Positions 51,558 to 61,185 of a DNA stretch of 64,000 bases are shown here, piece by piece. Where the stretch lies: assembly GCA_963797555.1 (NCBI GenBank), contig CAWCPV010000003.1:64001-128000 (forward strand), in the 5' to 3' direction. The position numbers were made by a program, and so were the translations under genes. Numbering within the stretch: the stretch's first letter is position 1; every line of letters starts with the position of its first letter. The notes under the pieces are model-generated. The model was not told where the DNA came from, did not search any database, and was given only the letters and a program-made list of their open reading frames with translations. This DNA is from an uncultured Gammaproteobacteria bacterium. Lineage in GTDB: Bacteria > Pseudomonadota > Gammaproteobacteria > CAWCPV01.

Positions 51558-51719
51558 TCAATACCACAAACTGGAAGCCTGACCGGTCCTTCCGGGGAAC
51601 CTTCGCGGGATTCGCCTCCGCTCAACCATGGAGATGGGCAGCCGTCCATAGGGGCGAAGGCATGGACTCGGCCCGGCGGCTCGGCTGGCTCCGACACGGC
51701 TCAGGATACGCCTGTGCGC

Positions 51720-52097
51720 TCAGCGCCGTTGCCAGTACCCATCCCTCATTCGCCAACCATGGCCTTCCCTAGCCCAGTGCGGAGACACCCAGTAATGTCC
51801 GGCGCGCCCCTGGGTCCAATGGCCGGGAGCCCAGGCATAGTGCCTGCCTCCCCAGCGCCAGTAGCCTCCGATCCAGACGTAGCCGGGTGCCGGCGCGACG
51901 CCCACGACCTCCACCCGAGGCGGCGGCGGGGCGACCGTGACGACCTCACCGCCGTAATACGGCGTACCCGGGGCAGCCGTGCCTACATCGTTGCCGTAGT
52001 ATGGCGGTGGTACCGGCGCGACGATGCAGCCGCCCAGGATGAGGGCGGTGACGGCCGTCGCAATGGCGATTCCGCCCTGATGAGAAGACGCATTCAT
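51720..52097 (-). CDS. YXWGXW-repeat lipoprotein
   Basis: Lipobox LGGC; GYVWIGGYW, YAWAPGHW, YWVSPHW. Confidence 0.88.
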   Translation of the reverse strand: MNASSHQGGIAIATAVTALILGGCIVAPVPPPYYGNDVGTAAPGTPYYGGEVVTVAPPPPRVEVVGVAPAPGYVWIGGYWRWGGRHYAWAPGHWTQGRAGHYWVSPHWAREGHGWRMRDGYWQRR

Positions 52098-52467
52098 GTC
52101 TCACCTCTCGTTGAACAAGCCGTGGCCCGAAAGCGGCCGAGCCCGTGGATGACGGCAGGCCCCTGACATTCGCGAGACCCCTCTCGAGGGTAGTAAGCGC
52201 GGCAGCACCGTTCGAGTCCTCACTGCGGCGTGCGGCTCGCCACAGAGAAAGCGGGATTGCACTGCTGGAGCGCCTCGGTTACGTACAAGAGGCATCAGTG
52301 GGTACCGGGGAATGCCTACGCCGAAGCCCAGCGGGCCTTTGCAGGTAGCCCCACGTTCTGCCTTCGAACCCCGCCGCCTTGGGCGGCTCAGGGTATCATG
52401 GCCTCTTCGAGGACGCACCGATGACTCCCCCGGCTGTTCCGGGACCATGTAACTTGGAGGTACAGCG

Positions 52468-53025
52468 ATGTCCGTTCACGTACTTGGGTTTGCCGGCAGT
52501 CTGCGTGAGAAATCCTACAACCGAGCTGCTCTTAGGGCGGCGGAGGAATTGGCGCCTGCAGGCATGGAAATCGAGACTTTCGACCTCGCACCCATTCCGC
52601 TCTACAACGAGGATGTGCGCGAACGGGGCTACCCGGCAGCGGTGGCGGAATTCCGCAGCCGCATCGCTGCCGCCGATGCACTGCTGATCGTGACGCCCGA
52701 ATACAACTATTCGATTCCCGGGGTGCTGAAGAATGCCATCGACTGGGCGTCCCGCCCTCCCGAGCCGCCGCTCGACGACAAGCCGATTGCGGTCATGGGC
52801 GCATCTCTTGGACCTTCGGGCACGCTACGAGCTCAGTATCACCTCCGCCAAGTCTGCGTGTTCACGAATATGCATCCGTTCAACAAGCCGGAGGTCATGA
52901 TCGCGCGCGCGCACGAGAAATTCGACGATCAGGGCAGGCTTCAGGATGCCGAGACCCGGCGATTCATCAGCGACCTTCTGCTCGCCCTGATGGCGTGGGT
53001 CGAGAGAATCCGGCCGAAACCCTAG
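52468..53025 (+). CDS. NAD(P)H-dependent FMN reductase (ChrR/YieF-like)
   Basis: GSLREKSYN, TPEYNYSIPGVLKNAIDW. Confidence 0.93.
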   Translation: MSVHVLGFAGSLREKSYNRAALRAAEELAPAGMEIETFDLAPIPLYNEDVRERGYPAAVAEFRSRIAAADALLIVTPEYNYSIPGVLKNAIDWASRPPEPPLDDKPIAVMGASLGPSGTLRAQYHLRQVCVFTNMHPFNKPEVMIARAHEKFDDQGRLQDAETRRFISDLLLALMAWVERIRPKP

Positions 53026-53155
53026 CGACTCGGCACGCAGGCGCGCGGGACGGGCCCCCGCTGCGGCGGCCTCAAGCGCGCGAGATATCCGAGACTCCCG
53101 GACGGGGGTGGCCAAGGTCCTGCGCCCACCCACCTCAAATGAGAGGCGGCGCCGC

Positions 53156-53851
53156 TCACGCACCGCTTGGCTCGATCGCTGCCCGATCGGCGAAAACCAC
53201 CGCTCCGTCGGCGCGGATACGCCCCGCCGGGATCGTGCGATCGCCGTCGCGCAGGCGTCGGAGCGCCTCGGCCTTCGACGATCCGGCCACCACCCAGAGG
53301 ATGTGTCTGGAACGGTTGAGCAGGGGGTAGGTCAGAGTCATGCGGCGTCGCCCCTGGTACGGACCCGTAACAGCGACGTCGGCGGCTTTGACCTCCAGCA
53401 CGGGGTCACCAGGCACCAGCGAGGCGGTGTGGCCGTCGCCCCCGATGCCCAGATGGACCAGATCGAGCACCGGCGGTGACCCGGCGACGGCCCCCAGGAG
53501 GCTGGCGTAGCGGGCGGCGGCCGCCTCCAGGTCTTTCTCTTCCACTGGCATGGCGTGGATCTGCTCCGCACGCAGCGCAGCATGGCCGAGCAGGCTCTCG
53601 CTCAGGTGCGTCAGGTTGCGGTCCGGGTCACCCGCAGGCGCGACGCGCTCGTCGACCTGGAACAGATGGACGCCCGGCCAGGGGATATCCTCGTCCGCGA
53701 GGGACCTCAGCATCTTGCGCGGTGTCGTGCCGCCGCTCACGGCGAGCACGAACCGGCCCCGCTCGGCGACGGCGGCGCGAGCGACTCCGGCGAGGTAGGA
53801 TGCCGCATGACTTGCAACGGCGTCGGCATCGGGACAGACCTCTATCCTCAT
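53156..53851 (-). CDS. pgl: 6-phosphogluconolactonase
   Basis: SGGTTP, VDERV, LGIGGDGHTASL, RMTLT. Confidence 0.9.
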   Translation of the reverse strand: MRIEVCPDADAVASHAASYLAGVARAAVAERGRFVLAVSGGTTPRKMLRSLADEDIPWPGVHLFQVDERVAPAGDPDRNLTHLSESLLGHAALRAEQIHAMPVEEKDLEAAAARYASLLGAVAGSPPVLDLVHLGIGGDGHTASLVPGDPVLEVKAADVAVTGPYQGRRRMTLTYPLLNRSRHILWVVAGSSKAEALRRLRDGDRTIPAGRIRADGAVVFADRAAIEPSGA

Positions 53852-54459
53852 GAGCCCTCCACGTAAACCAGATGGCTGTCCTGATTCCACTTGCTCACGA
53901 TCCGCGTCCCGTGCTCATGGCCGAGCACGCTCAGGGCGGCCGTATCCAGGGCGAACAGCCGGCCCTGCGCGGGGGCTAGTCCGAGCCAGCAGGCCGTGAG
54001 CACACGCAACACGTGGCCGTGGGCAAACAACACCGCATCTCCGCCGGCGGCAGCGGCCCGGTCGATCACCCTCAGTGCTCTTCCGGCCACTTGCTCCACC
54101 GTCTCGCCCCCCGGCACGCCGCCACTCCAGATTGTCCAGCCGGCCACGCCGCTGCGGATTTCCGCGGTCGTGCGGCCCTCGTAGGCGCCATAGTCCCACT
54201 CCACGAGATCGTCGGTATAGTTGGCGACGTCGGCATAACCGGCGATCCGGCAGGTCTCCGCCGCCCGCGCCAGCGGGCTCGCCAGCACCAGCGCGAAGGA
54301 GCGGCGCGACAGGTATCGGCCCAACGCCGCCGCACGGCGCCTGCCCTCGGCGTTGAGAGGGATGTCGGTCCGGCCCGTGTGGCGCCCGCCGGCACTCCAG
54401 TCCGTCTCGCCGTGGCGTATCAGCCAGAGGCTGAAGTCGTTCTCGGACACCCTGCGCAT
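53848..54459 (-). CDS. Histidine phosphatase (phosphoglycerate mutase-like)
   Basis: RHGETDWS, SPLARA, EWDYG, AHGHVLR. Confidence 0.92.
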   Translation of the reverse strand: MRRVSENDFSLWLIRHGETDWSAGGRHTGRTDIPLNAEGRRRAAALGRYLSRRSFALVLASPLARAAETCRIAGYADVANYTDDLVEWDYGAYEGRTTAEIRSGVAGWTIWSGGVPGGETVEQVAGRALRVIDRAAAAGGDAVLFAHGHVLRVLTACWLGLAPAQGRLFALDTAALSVLGHEHGTRIVSKWNQDSHLVYVEGS

Positions 54460-54492
54460 CTATTGCGCCGAACCCGCCAGGTTTTGGGCTCA

Positions 54493-54708
54493 GAGCTTGC
54501 GAATAAACTGGCTGCGCGTTCCCTGGCGGCGTTGCGCGGTGGTCATGGCGTACCTCCCTGTACTGCCACCCCTTCGGGGCGTCCTGCGGACGTGCCGAAT
54601 GGCTGTCCTGCCATTCGGTCGGTCCTCGCCCGTCTGCCGGACGGGTCTCGTGGCTGCGCTCCGTGCGCTCTGCTCTCGGGGGGCTCGCGGCGAGTTCTTC
54701 ACAAGCTC
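54493..54708 (-). mobile_element. Long (216-bp) variant of the MITE-like element with an internal palindromic insert
   Basis: Ends GAGCTTGCGAATAAA / TTCTTCACAAGCTC. The reverse complement aligns with 30983-31123, and the interior matches 7502-7575. Confidence 0.8.
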
Positions 54709-54784
54709 CGAGTCGTTCCCGCGCGGCGCGGCTGGACCTGGGAGGCGGGGCGCGGCGCTTTCGAGGCGACGGGCGCTCGGGGCG

Positions 54785-54922
54785 TCAGCGGTTCATGAGT
54801 CCCAGGATACCGATGACGATGAGGTAGACGGCGACGACGTAGCTGAGGACTTGCGGCACCACCAGGACGAGAACCCCCGCCACAATGGCCGCCACCGGCT
54901 CGATGTGAGACAGACGCCTCAT
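54785..54922 (-). CDS. Small membrane protein, DUF3096-like (45 aa; not in the ORF track)
   Basis: MRRLSHIEPVAAIVAGVLVLVVPQVLSYVVAVYLIVIGILGLMNR*; GAGGAG RBS. Confidence 0.8.
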   Translation of the reverse strand: MRRLSHIEPVAAIVAGVLVLVVPQVLSYVVAVYLIVIGILGLMNR

Positions 54923-55278
54923 CGCTCGATCTCCTCAGTGCGTTGGAGCGGGACGGACCATGCTGCTCGTCCGTGAAATCCCGGTCCCTGAGTTGATGAT
55001 TCCGTGCCCGGAGATCGCCCCCAGCGCTGACCGGTTGCATCGTGCCGCGCAGCCCTCGGGGCCGACCCCCCGCTCACGTGTCCGCCCGGATGTTCTCTGA
55101 CGCTGTCAGAGGCCGCCGAGCCCGGCCAGTGTAGCGTATTCCAGCGCGGAACACACAACCAACCGCTGGTGGTCACATCGGGCTCGGGCGGATCGCGCGT
55201 CCATGCCGGCGCGCGGCGCTGAAAGATGTACGTGGAGAATGGGGGCGGCCGCCCGTCGTGAAGTTCGCGCTGACTCTC

Positions 55279-55322
55279 GGCCTCCGCTATGGCCCGACGG
55301 CCTCCGCTATGGCCCGACGGCC
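55279..55322 (+). repeat. 20-bp perfect tandem duplication
   Basis: ggcctccgctatggcccgac x2, followed by ggcc. Confidence 0.85.
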
Positions 55323-55460
55323 GCCGGGATGCGGCCCGAGCTGAGCGCCCTCTCGGCCCGAGTGGTGAGCGCCCGTGCGGAGTACAATTCGCACTGAAGG
55401 CTCCACCCCTCGCACTGCGGAAGCGTTCGTTTCGAGACACCCCCGGGTACAGGAGAGCAC

Positions 55461-58400
55461 ATGGTCCGGCGTGCAGCATGGCACCTCGCGACGGTAGTCT
55501 CGCTGCTAGTCGTTCCTTGGGCAGCCTTGGCCCAGGTTCACCACGCCATCCACACCCGACTGCAGCCCGACCTGCACCGCATCGAGGTGATGGACACCAT
55601 CACCCTTCCGGGTGTGCCGGCAGGCCCTGTCGAGTTTGGCCTGCACGGGGGGCTGGTGCCGGAGATCCAGGACGCTGGCGCGAGACTCCGCCGCCTCGAC
55701 GGTCAGGAAACGGGGCCGGCAGCCCAACATCGGGCAGTGCCGCTGGCCCGCTATGCCGTGGACCTGCCTGCCGGTGCTCGCCGCTTTACGGTGCGTTACG
55801 CAGGCGAGATTCTCCATCCCGTCGAGGGGCAGGGAGAAGAATACGCACGCAGCTTCAGCGCGTCGCCAGGTCTGATCGAACCCGAAGGAGTGTTCCTGGC
55901 GGGCTCTAGCTACTGGTACCCCCGCCTCGGTGAGACCATGGTCACCTTCACGCTGGAGGCAGACCTGCCTGCCGGCTGGCGCTCCGTGAGCCAAGGCGAG
56001 CGCACCCGCCACACCGAGGAGAGCCACCGTACCCAGGAGACTTGGACCATCGACAAGCCCCAGCAGGAGGTGTACCTGGTGGCGGCGCCTTTCACCGAGT
56101 ACGATGCGCCCCCCGCAGCGGCCAAGGCCATGGTGTTCCTGCGCAAGCCGGATGCGCCGCTGGCGCGCAAGTATCTGGACGCCACCCCTCGCTACCTCGA
56201 GATGTATAGCCGGCTCATCGGCCCGTACGCGTACAGCAAGTTCGCGTTGGTCGAGAACTTTTGGGAGACGGGCTACGGCATGCCGTCCTTCACCCTGCTG
56301 GGGCCAACGGTCATCCGCTTCCCGTTCATCCTGGAGTCCTCCTATCCCCACGAGATCCTGCACAACTGGTGGGGCAACGGGGTGTACGTCGACTACGCGG
56401 GCGGCAACTGGTCGGAGGGGCTGACCGCCTACCTGGCGGACCACCTCCTCAAGGAGCAACAGGGTCAGGGCGTGGAGTACCGGCGCGCGACCCTGCAGAA
56501 ATACACCGACTACGTGCGCGGGAAGCAGGACTTTCCGCTGACCGAGTTCCGCTCCCGGCACAGCGCAGCGACGGAAGCGGTGGGCTACGGCAAGGCATTG
56601 ATGCTGTTCCACATGCTCCGCCGCCAGTTGGGCGACGCGACCTTCGTGGAGGGGCTGCGGCGCTTCTACCGCGACTATCTGTTCCGGGTGGCGAGCTTCA
56701 AGGACTTGGCTGCGGCCTTCAGCGCCGTCGCCGGCCGCTCCCTGGACACGTTCTTTGACCAGTGGGTGAAGCGCGCTGGGGCCCCTGCCCTGCGGGTCAG
56801 CGACGCCCGCGCCCGGCCGGAAGGCGACGGTTTCCTGCTGTCCGCGGTCATCGAGCAGGTGCAGGCCGACGCCCCCTACCGGCTGAGCGTGCCGCTGGCC
56901 GTGTCCCTGGAGGGTCAGGACACGGCCTACCAGACCCGCGTCGAGGTGGACGGGCGGCGCGTTTCAGTGACGCTGCACCTCAAGGCGCGGCCTGTGCGCC
57001 TGGACGTCGACCCGGAGATCGACGTGTTCCGGCGCCTGGATCGCAGCGAGATCCCGCCCTCGCTGGGTCAGGCTTTCGGGGCGGACAAGGCCCTCCTCGT
57101 CCTGCCGGCAGGCGCCCCGCCGGCGCTGCGCGACGCCTATCAGGCGCTCGCCCGCTCTTGGATAGGTCAACGTCCATCGGACATGCAGGTGCGCTTCGAT
57201 GATCAGTTCACCGAGCTGCCGGGCGACCGCGCCGTCTGGCTCTTCGGCTGGGAAAACCGTTTCCGGCCATTGCTGGCGAAGGCCCTGGCCGGTTATGCCT
57301 TCAAGGACGAGGGCGAAGCGGTGCGCATCGGGGGGCAGGAGCTGAAGCGCTCCGAGGAAGCTGCGGTGGCGGTCGCCCGCCGTCCCATGCATCCCGACCA
57401 CGCGCTCGCCTGGGTCGCCGCAGCCGACCCGGCTACCCTGCCCGGTCTGGGCCGCAAGCTCCCCCACTACGGCAAATACAGTTACCTGGGCTTCACGGGC
57501 AGCGAGCCCACCAACGTCCTCAAGGGCCAGTGGCCCGTGCTGGACTCGCCCCTGTCGGTGGCGGTCACCCAAGCCGACGGCAAGGCCGTGCTCCCTACCG
57601 TAGGCCGGCTGGCGCCCCGCAAGCCGCTTGCCGAGATCCCGCCGCCCTTCTCTGCCGAACGCATGCTGCGAGACATCGCCTACCTGGCGGCTCCGGAGAT
57701 GGCCGGACGCGGCCTCGGCAGCCCGGAACTCGACCGCGCCGCCGATTACATCGCCGGGGAGATGCGCAGCGCCGGGCTGCAGCCCGGCGGCGACCGCGCC
57801 GGAGACTGGTTCCAGACCTGGACCGCACAGGTCGGCGGGCTGCCCCGGCCGCTGAGGCTCCGCAACGTGGTCGGAGTGATTCCCGGCACCCGCCCGGATT
57901 GGGCCGGCCAGAGCGTAATCGTAGGCGCCCACTACGACCACCTGGGGCGCGGCTGGCCCGACGTACACCACGGTGACGAAGGCAAGGTGCACCCCGGCGC
58001 CGACGACAACGCCAGCGGCGTCTCCGTGCTGCTGGAGCTGGCGCGCCTGCTCGGGCGCGACTGGCACCCGGAACGCAGCGTGGTGTTCGTGGCCTTCACG
58101 GGCGAGGAAGCAGGCAAGCTCGGCTCCCGCCACTACACCCAGCACGCCTTGGATTACCCCGCCGGCAAGGCCATCGCCATGCTCAACTTGGACGCCGTCG
58201 GCCGGCTCGGAGACCGGGAGCTTCTGATACTTGGCAGCGGCTCCGCCCGGGAGTGGGTGCACATCTTCCGCGGCGCCGGCATGGTCACCGGCGTTCCCGT
58301 CAAGCCGGTGGAACAGGATATCGGCTCCGGCGATCAGACCAGTTTCCTCGATGCCGGCATCCCGGCCGTGCAGCTCTCCAGCGGGCCGCACCCGGATTAC

Positions 58401-58829
58401 CACCGTCCCACCGACACCGTCGACAAGATCGACGCCTCCGGCCTCGGCAAGACCGCGGCGGTGCTCAAAGAGGCGCTGGAGTACCTGGCCGCCCGGCCCG
58501 AGCCCCTGAGCGCCACGGTGGGGACCCGGCAGGCCGTCCCCGAAGGTGGCGGTCCGCCGCAGATTCGGCGCGTCCTGCTCGGCACCGTGCCCGACTTCGG
58601 CTACAGTGGGCCGGGCGTACGGCTTTCCGGCGTGACCGCCGACTCCCCTGCCGCGCAGGCCGGGCTCAGGGAAGGGGACGTTGTCGTCGCGATCAACGAT
58701 CGCGCTATTCCGTCTCTGCCTCAGTTTGCCGAGGTGCTGCGCGGCTTGCGTCCGGGGGACCAGGTGACCGTCCGTTTCCTGCGGGCGGGCGTCGAGCGCT
58801 CCGCGGCGACGCGGGTAGTCGCTCGTTAG
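55461..58829 (+). CDS. Exported M1 aminopeptidase + M28 peptidase + PDZ fusion
   Basis: GYGMP, HEILHNWWG..WSEG (M1). GAHYDHLG, GADDNASG, GEE, DYH (M28). C-terminal PDZ (SPAAQAGLREGD). Confidence 0.9.
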   Translation: MVRRAAWHLATVVSLLVVPWAALAQVHHAIHTRLQPDLHRIEVMDTITLPGVPAGPVEFGLHGGLVPEIQDAGARLRRLDGQETGPAAQHRAVPLARYAVDLPAGARRFTVRYAGEILHPVEGQGEEYARSFSASPGLIEPEGVFLAGSSYWYPRLGETMVTFTLEADLPAGWRSVSQGERTRHTEESHRTQETWTIDKPQQEVYLVAAPFTEYDAPPAAAKAMVFLRKPDAPLARKYLDATPRYLEMYSRLIGPYAYSKFALVENFWETGYGMPSFTLLGPTVIRFPFILESSYPHEILHNWWGNGVYVDYAGGNWSEGLTAYLADHLLKEQQGQGVEYRRATLQKYTDYVRGKQDFPLTEFRSRHSAATEAVGYGKALMLFHMLRRQLGDATFVEGLRRFYRDYLFRVASFKDLAAAFSAVAGRSLDTFFDQWVKRAGAPALRVSDARARPEGDGFLLSAVIEQVQADAPYRLSVPLAVSLEGQDTAYQTRVEVDGRRVSVTLHLKARPVRLDVDPEIDVFRRLDRSEIPPSLGQAFGADKALLVLPAGAPPALRDAYQALARSWIGQRPSDMQVRFDDQFTELPGDRAVWLFGWENRFRPLLAKALAGYAFKDEGEAVRIGGQELKRSEEAAVAVARRPMHPDHALAWVAAADPATLPGLGRKLPHYGKYSYLGFTGSEPTNVLKGQWPVLDSPLSVAVTQADGKAVLPTVGRLAPRKPLAEIPPPFSAERMLRDIAYLAAPEMAGRGLGSPELDRAADYIAGEMRSAGLQPGGDRAGDWFQTWTAQVGGLPRPLRLRNVVGVIPGTRPDWAGQSVIVGAHYDHLGRGWPDVHHGDEGKVHPGADDNASGVSVLLELARLLGRDWHPERSVVFVAFTGEEAGKLGSRHYTQHALDYPAGKAIAMLNLDAVGRLGDRELLILGSGSAREWVHIFRGAGMVTGVPVKPVEQDIGSGDQTSFLDAGIPAVQLSSGPHPDYHRPTDTVDKIDASGLGKTAAVLKEALEYLAARPEPLSATVGTRQAVPEGGGPPQIRRVLLGTVPDFGYSGPGVRLSGVTADSPAAQAGLREGDVVVAINDRAIPSLPQFAEVLRGLRPGDQVTVRFLRAGVERSAATRVVAR

Positions 58830-58847
58830 CCAAAGAAGAGGAATCCC

Positions 58848-59930
58848 ATGCGCAAGACCACGACGCTATCGCTTCTGGCGGCCCCGGTGCTGTTCGTCGG
58901 CAGTACGGCAGTGTACAACGTCCGTGCCCAGCCCGGCGTGCCGGCCGAGCCCGCAGCCGGCGAGTTGTCCTACCCGGGCGAGAAGCACCTCGCCAACCTG
59001 CGCCAGCTCACCTTCGGCGGCGATAACGCCGAGGCCTACTTCTCTTCTGACGGCCGCGAGCTGATCTTCCAGTCCACCCGGGGCGGCCTGGAGTGCGACG
59101 CCATCTTCCGCATGAACGCGGACGGCTCCAACGTGCGCAGGGTCTCCTCGGGCAAGGGCCGAACCACCTGCTCGTTCATCGCCCCGGACAACAAGTCCAT
59201 CATCTATGCCTCGACGCATCTGGCCGGCGACGCGTGCCCGCCCAAGCCGGACTATTCCCACGGTTACGTCTGGCCGATCTACAAGAGCTACGACATCTTC
59301 CGCGCCGACCCCGAAGGAGGCCACTTGGTGCACCTTACCGACACCGACGGCTACGACGCGGAGGGGGTCTATTCACCGCGCGGAGACAAGATCCTGTTCA
59401 CTTCGGTGCGCACCGGCGATCTCGAGCTGTTCATGATGAATCCCGACGGCAGCGCCGTGGAACAGCTCACTCATGAGCCGGGCTACGACGGCGGCGCCTT
59501 CTTCTCCCGCGATGGTCAGTGGATCGTGTGGCGCGCGTCGCGCCCCACCGGCAAGGAACTCGAGGAGTACCGGAACCTGCTGACCCAAGGTTTGGTCCGG
59601 CCTCACAGCCTCGAAATCTACATCATGAGCCTCAAGGAGCGAAAACCGATCCAGGTCACCCACAACGGCGCAGCCAACTTCGCTCCCTACTGGCACCCGG
59701 ACGGCCGGCACGTCATTTTCGCCTCGAACATGGCCGATCCCAAGGGGCGTGACTTCGACCTCTACATGATCGATATCCTCACCCGCAACCTGGAGCGCAT
59801 CACGTACTACCCCGGCTTCGACGGCTTTCCGATGTTCTCCTACGACGGCAGCAAGCTGGTTTTCGCCTCCAACCGCAACGGCAAGGTCAAGGGGGAGACC
59901 AACATCTTCATCGCGGATTGGCGGTGGTGA
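58848..59930 (+). CDS. TolB-like (PD40) beta-propeller protein
   Basis: NAEAYFSSDG, YDAEGVYSP, YDGGAFFS, NFAPYWHPDG, FDGFPMFS. Confidence 0.88.
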   Translation: MRKTTTLSLLAAPVLFVGSTAVYNVRAQPGVPAEPAAGELSYPGEKHLANLRQLTFGGDNAEAYFSSDGRELIFQSTRGGLECDAIFRMNADGSNVRRVSSGKGRTTCSFIAPDNKSIIYASTHLAGDACPPKPDYSHGYVWPIYKSYDIFRADPEGGHLVHLTDTDGYDAEGVYSPRGDKILFTSVRTGDLELFMMNPDGSAVEQLTHEPGYDGGAFFSRDGQWIVWRASRPTGKELEEYRNLLTQGLVRPHSLEIYIMSLKERKPIQVTHNGAANFAPYWHPDGRHVIFASNMADPKGRDFDLYMIDILTRNLERITYYPGFDGFPMFSYDGSKLVFASNRNGKVKGETNIFIADWRW

Positions 59931-60145
59931 GATCTCCGTCGAGCAGCGCCCCGAGATCTGGCGCCCGCCGTTTGGTCCTCGAGGCGGGCCTTGCGCGCGG
60001 TGCCGGGGGCGCGGGAGAATGCGCTGCGTGTCGCGCGCGGGGTCAGGCGGCGGGAGACTGCCGGGAGCGCCGAGCCGCCGCTATTCACTCGCCAAGGCCG
60101 CCGCTGCCCCGCGAGACTGGTCCCGCACTCCCATACGGCACCGGT

Positions 60146-60580
60146 CTACCGGCTCGGGAACACTCCCCGCTTCACCAGGATCAGCTCGTTGCCGCCCCCA
60201 TCCGCGCTACGGTGCCTCATCTCGTCCACGACCTGCTTGATCAGATACACACCCAGCCCCCCTAATGGCGCCGTTCCAGGAGGACAATTCAGGCCCACGT
60301 CCGGGGCAGGAAGTGCGGTCGGATCGAAAATTGGGGCCTTGTCACGCAGGCGGACGAACAAATCTCGGCCCTGACGGCCGACTTCCAGCTCTACATATCC
60401 CCCCGTCCCACCGTACCCGTGGATGCTGACGTTGCTGACCACTTCGTCCACCGCAAGCTGAAGGTCCGAGGTGGTCGAGGGGCTTGCCCTCAGCGACTTC
60501 GCCGCTTCCCCGACGAATCGCCGAATCTCCGACAGATTGTCCAGGCTTGCGGTGGTCGAAAGGAAATGTGTCGCGCTCAT
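60146..60580 (-). CDS. RsbW-like anti-sigma factor kinase
   Basis: LAVDEVVSNVSIHGY, DKAPIFDP, GGLGVYLI. Confidence 0.9.
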   Translation of the reverse strand: MSATHFLSTTASLDNLSEIRRFVGEAAKSLRASPSTTSDLQLAVDEVVSNVSIHGYGGTGGYVELEVGRQGRDLFVRLRDKAPIFDPTALPAPDVGLNCPPGTAPLGGLGVYLIKQVVDEMRHRSADGGGNELILVKRGVFPSR

Positions 60581-60600
60581 TCCGGATGCGGTTCCGGCAC

Positions 60601-61047
60601 TCAGAACGACGTGACCGCTCCGTCGAGATCGTCGTAGATTTGAAAGTATCTATCGAATCCAAGGGCTTTCAGCACCTTGCTGGCGTCCGGCGACGGTTTG
60701 AACAGTTTGAGATGAGCCGGTCTGCCCCATATTTCCGACTCTCCGGCCTTCAGCTTCTTCGCAATCTCTTCGGACTGCTTGATGAACTCCCCATACAGGC
60801 CGCCCTCGGCTTCTCCTACCTCCAGCTTGCAGGCAATGGCGTGCATGGCACGAACTCCCGCGCTGCCGAGATAAGTCACGCCGCTGAGATCGAGAACCAG
60901 GTTCTTAGCACCGCCCGCCATGACCTCGTCGGCCCTAAGTTCCAGGCTCTTCTGCGTTTTGGCGTCGAGTTCACCCGCCAGATGAAGAACCGTGACGGGG
61001 ACGTTTCCCTTCTTTTCCGAGAGAGATATATCGAGCTTAGAAACCAT
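60601..61047 (-). CDS. STAS anti-anti-sigma factor
   Basis: LAGELDA, LDLSGVTYLGSAG, GFDRYF; GAGGAGG RBS. Confidence 0.88.
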   Translation of the reverse strand: MVSKLDISLSEKKGNVPVTVLHLAGELDAKTQKSLELRADEVMAGGAKNLVLDLSGVTYLGSAGVRAMHAIACKLEVGEAEGGLYGEFIKQSEEIAKKLKAGESEIWGRPAHLKLFKPSPDASKVLKALGFDRYFQIYDDLDGAVTSF

Positions 61048-61185
61048 TTGCCTCCTCCTCTTGCGTTTCTCGCTGCAAGCCGCGGGATTGCTTTCCACCC
61101 CACGGAGACGCGCCCCACTCGTGCCACCTTGTTTACTGGCAAATACGCCTCCAATCACCGTCCGCCCTTTCCGTCCTGTGTCGCA

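Noticed and set aside
55279-55322. 20-bp tandem duplication as a regulatory array
   Set aside because: Only two copies; likely slippage or an assembly artefact.
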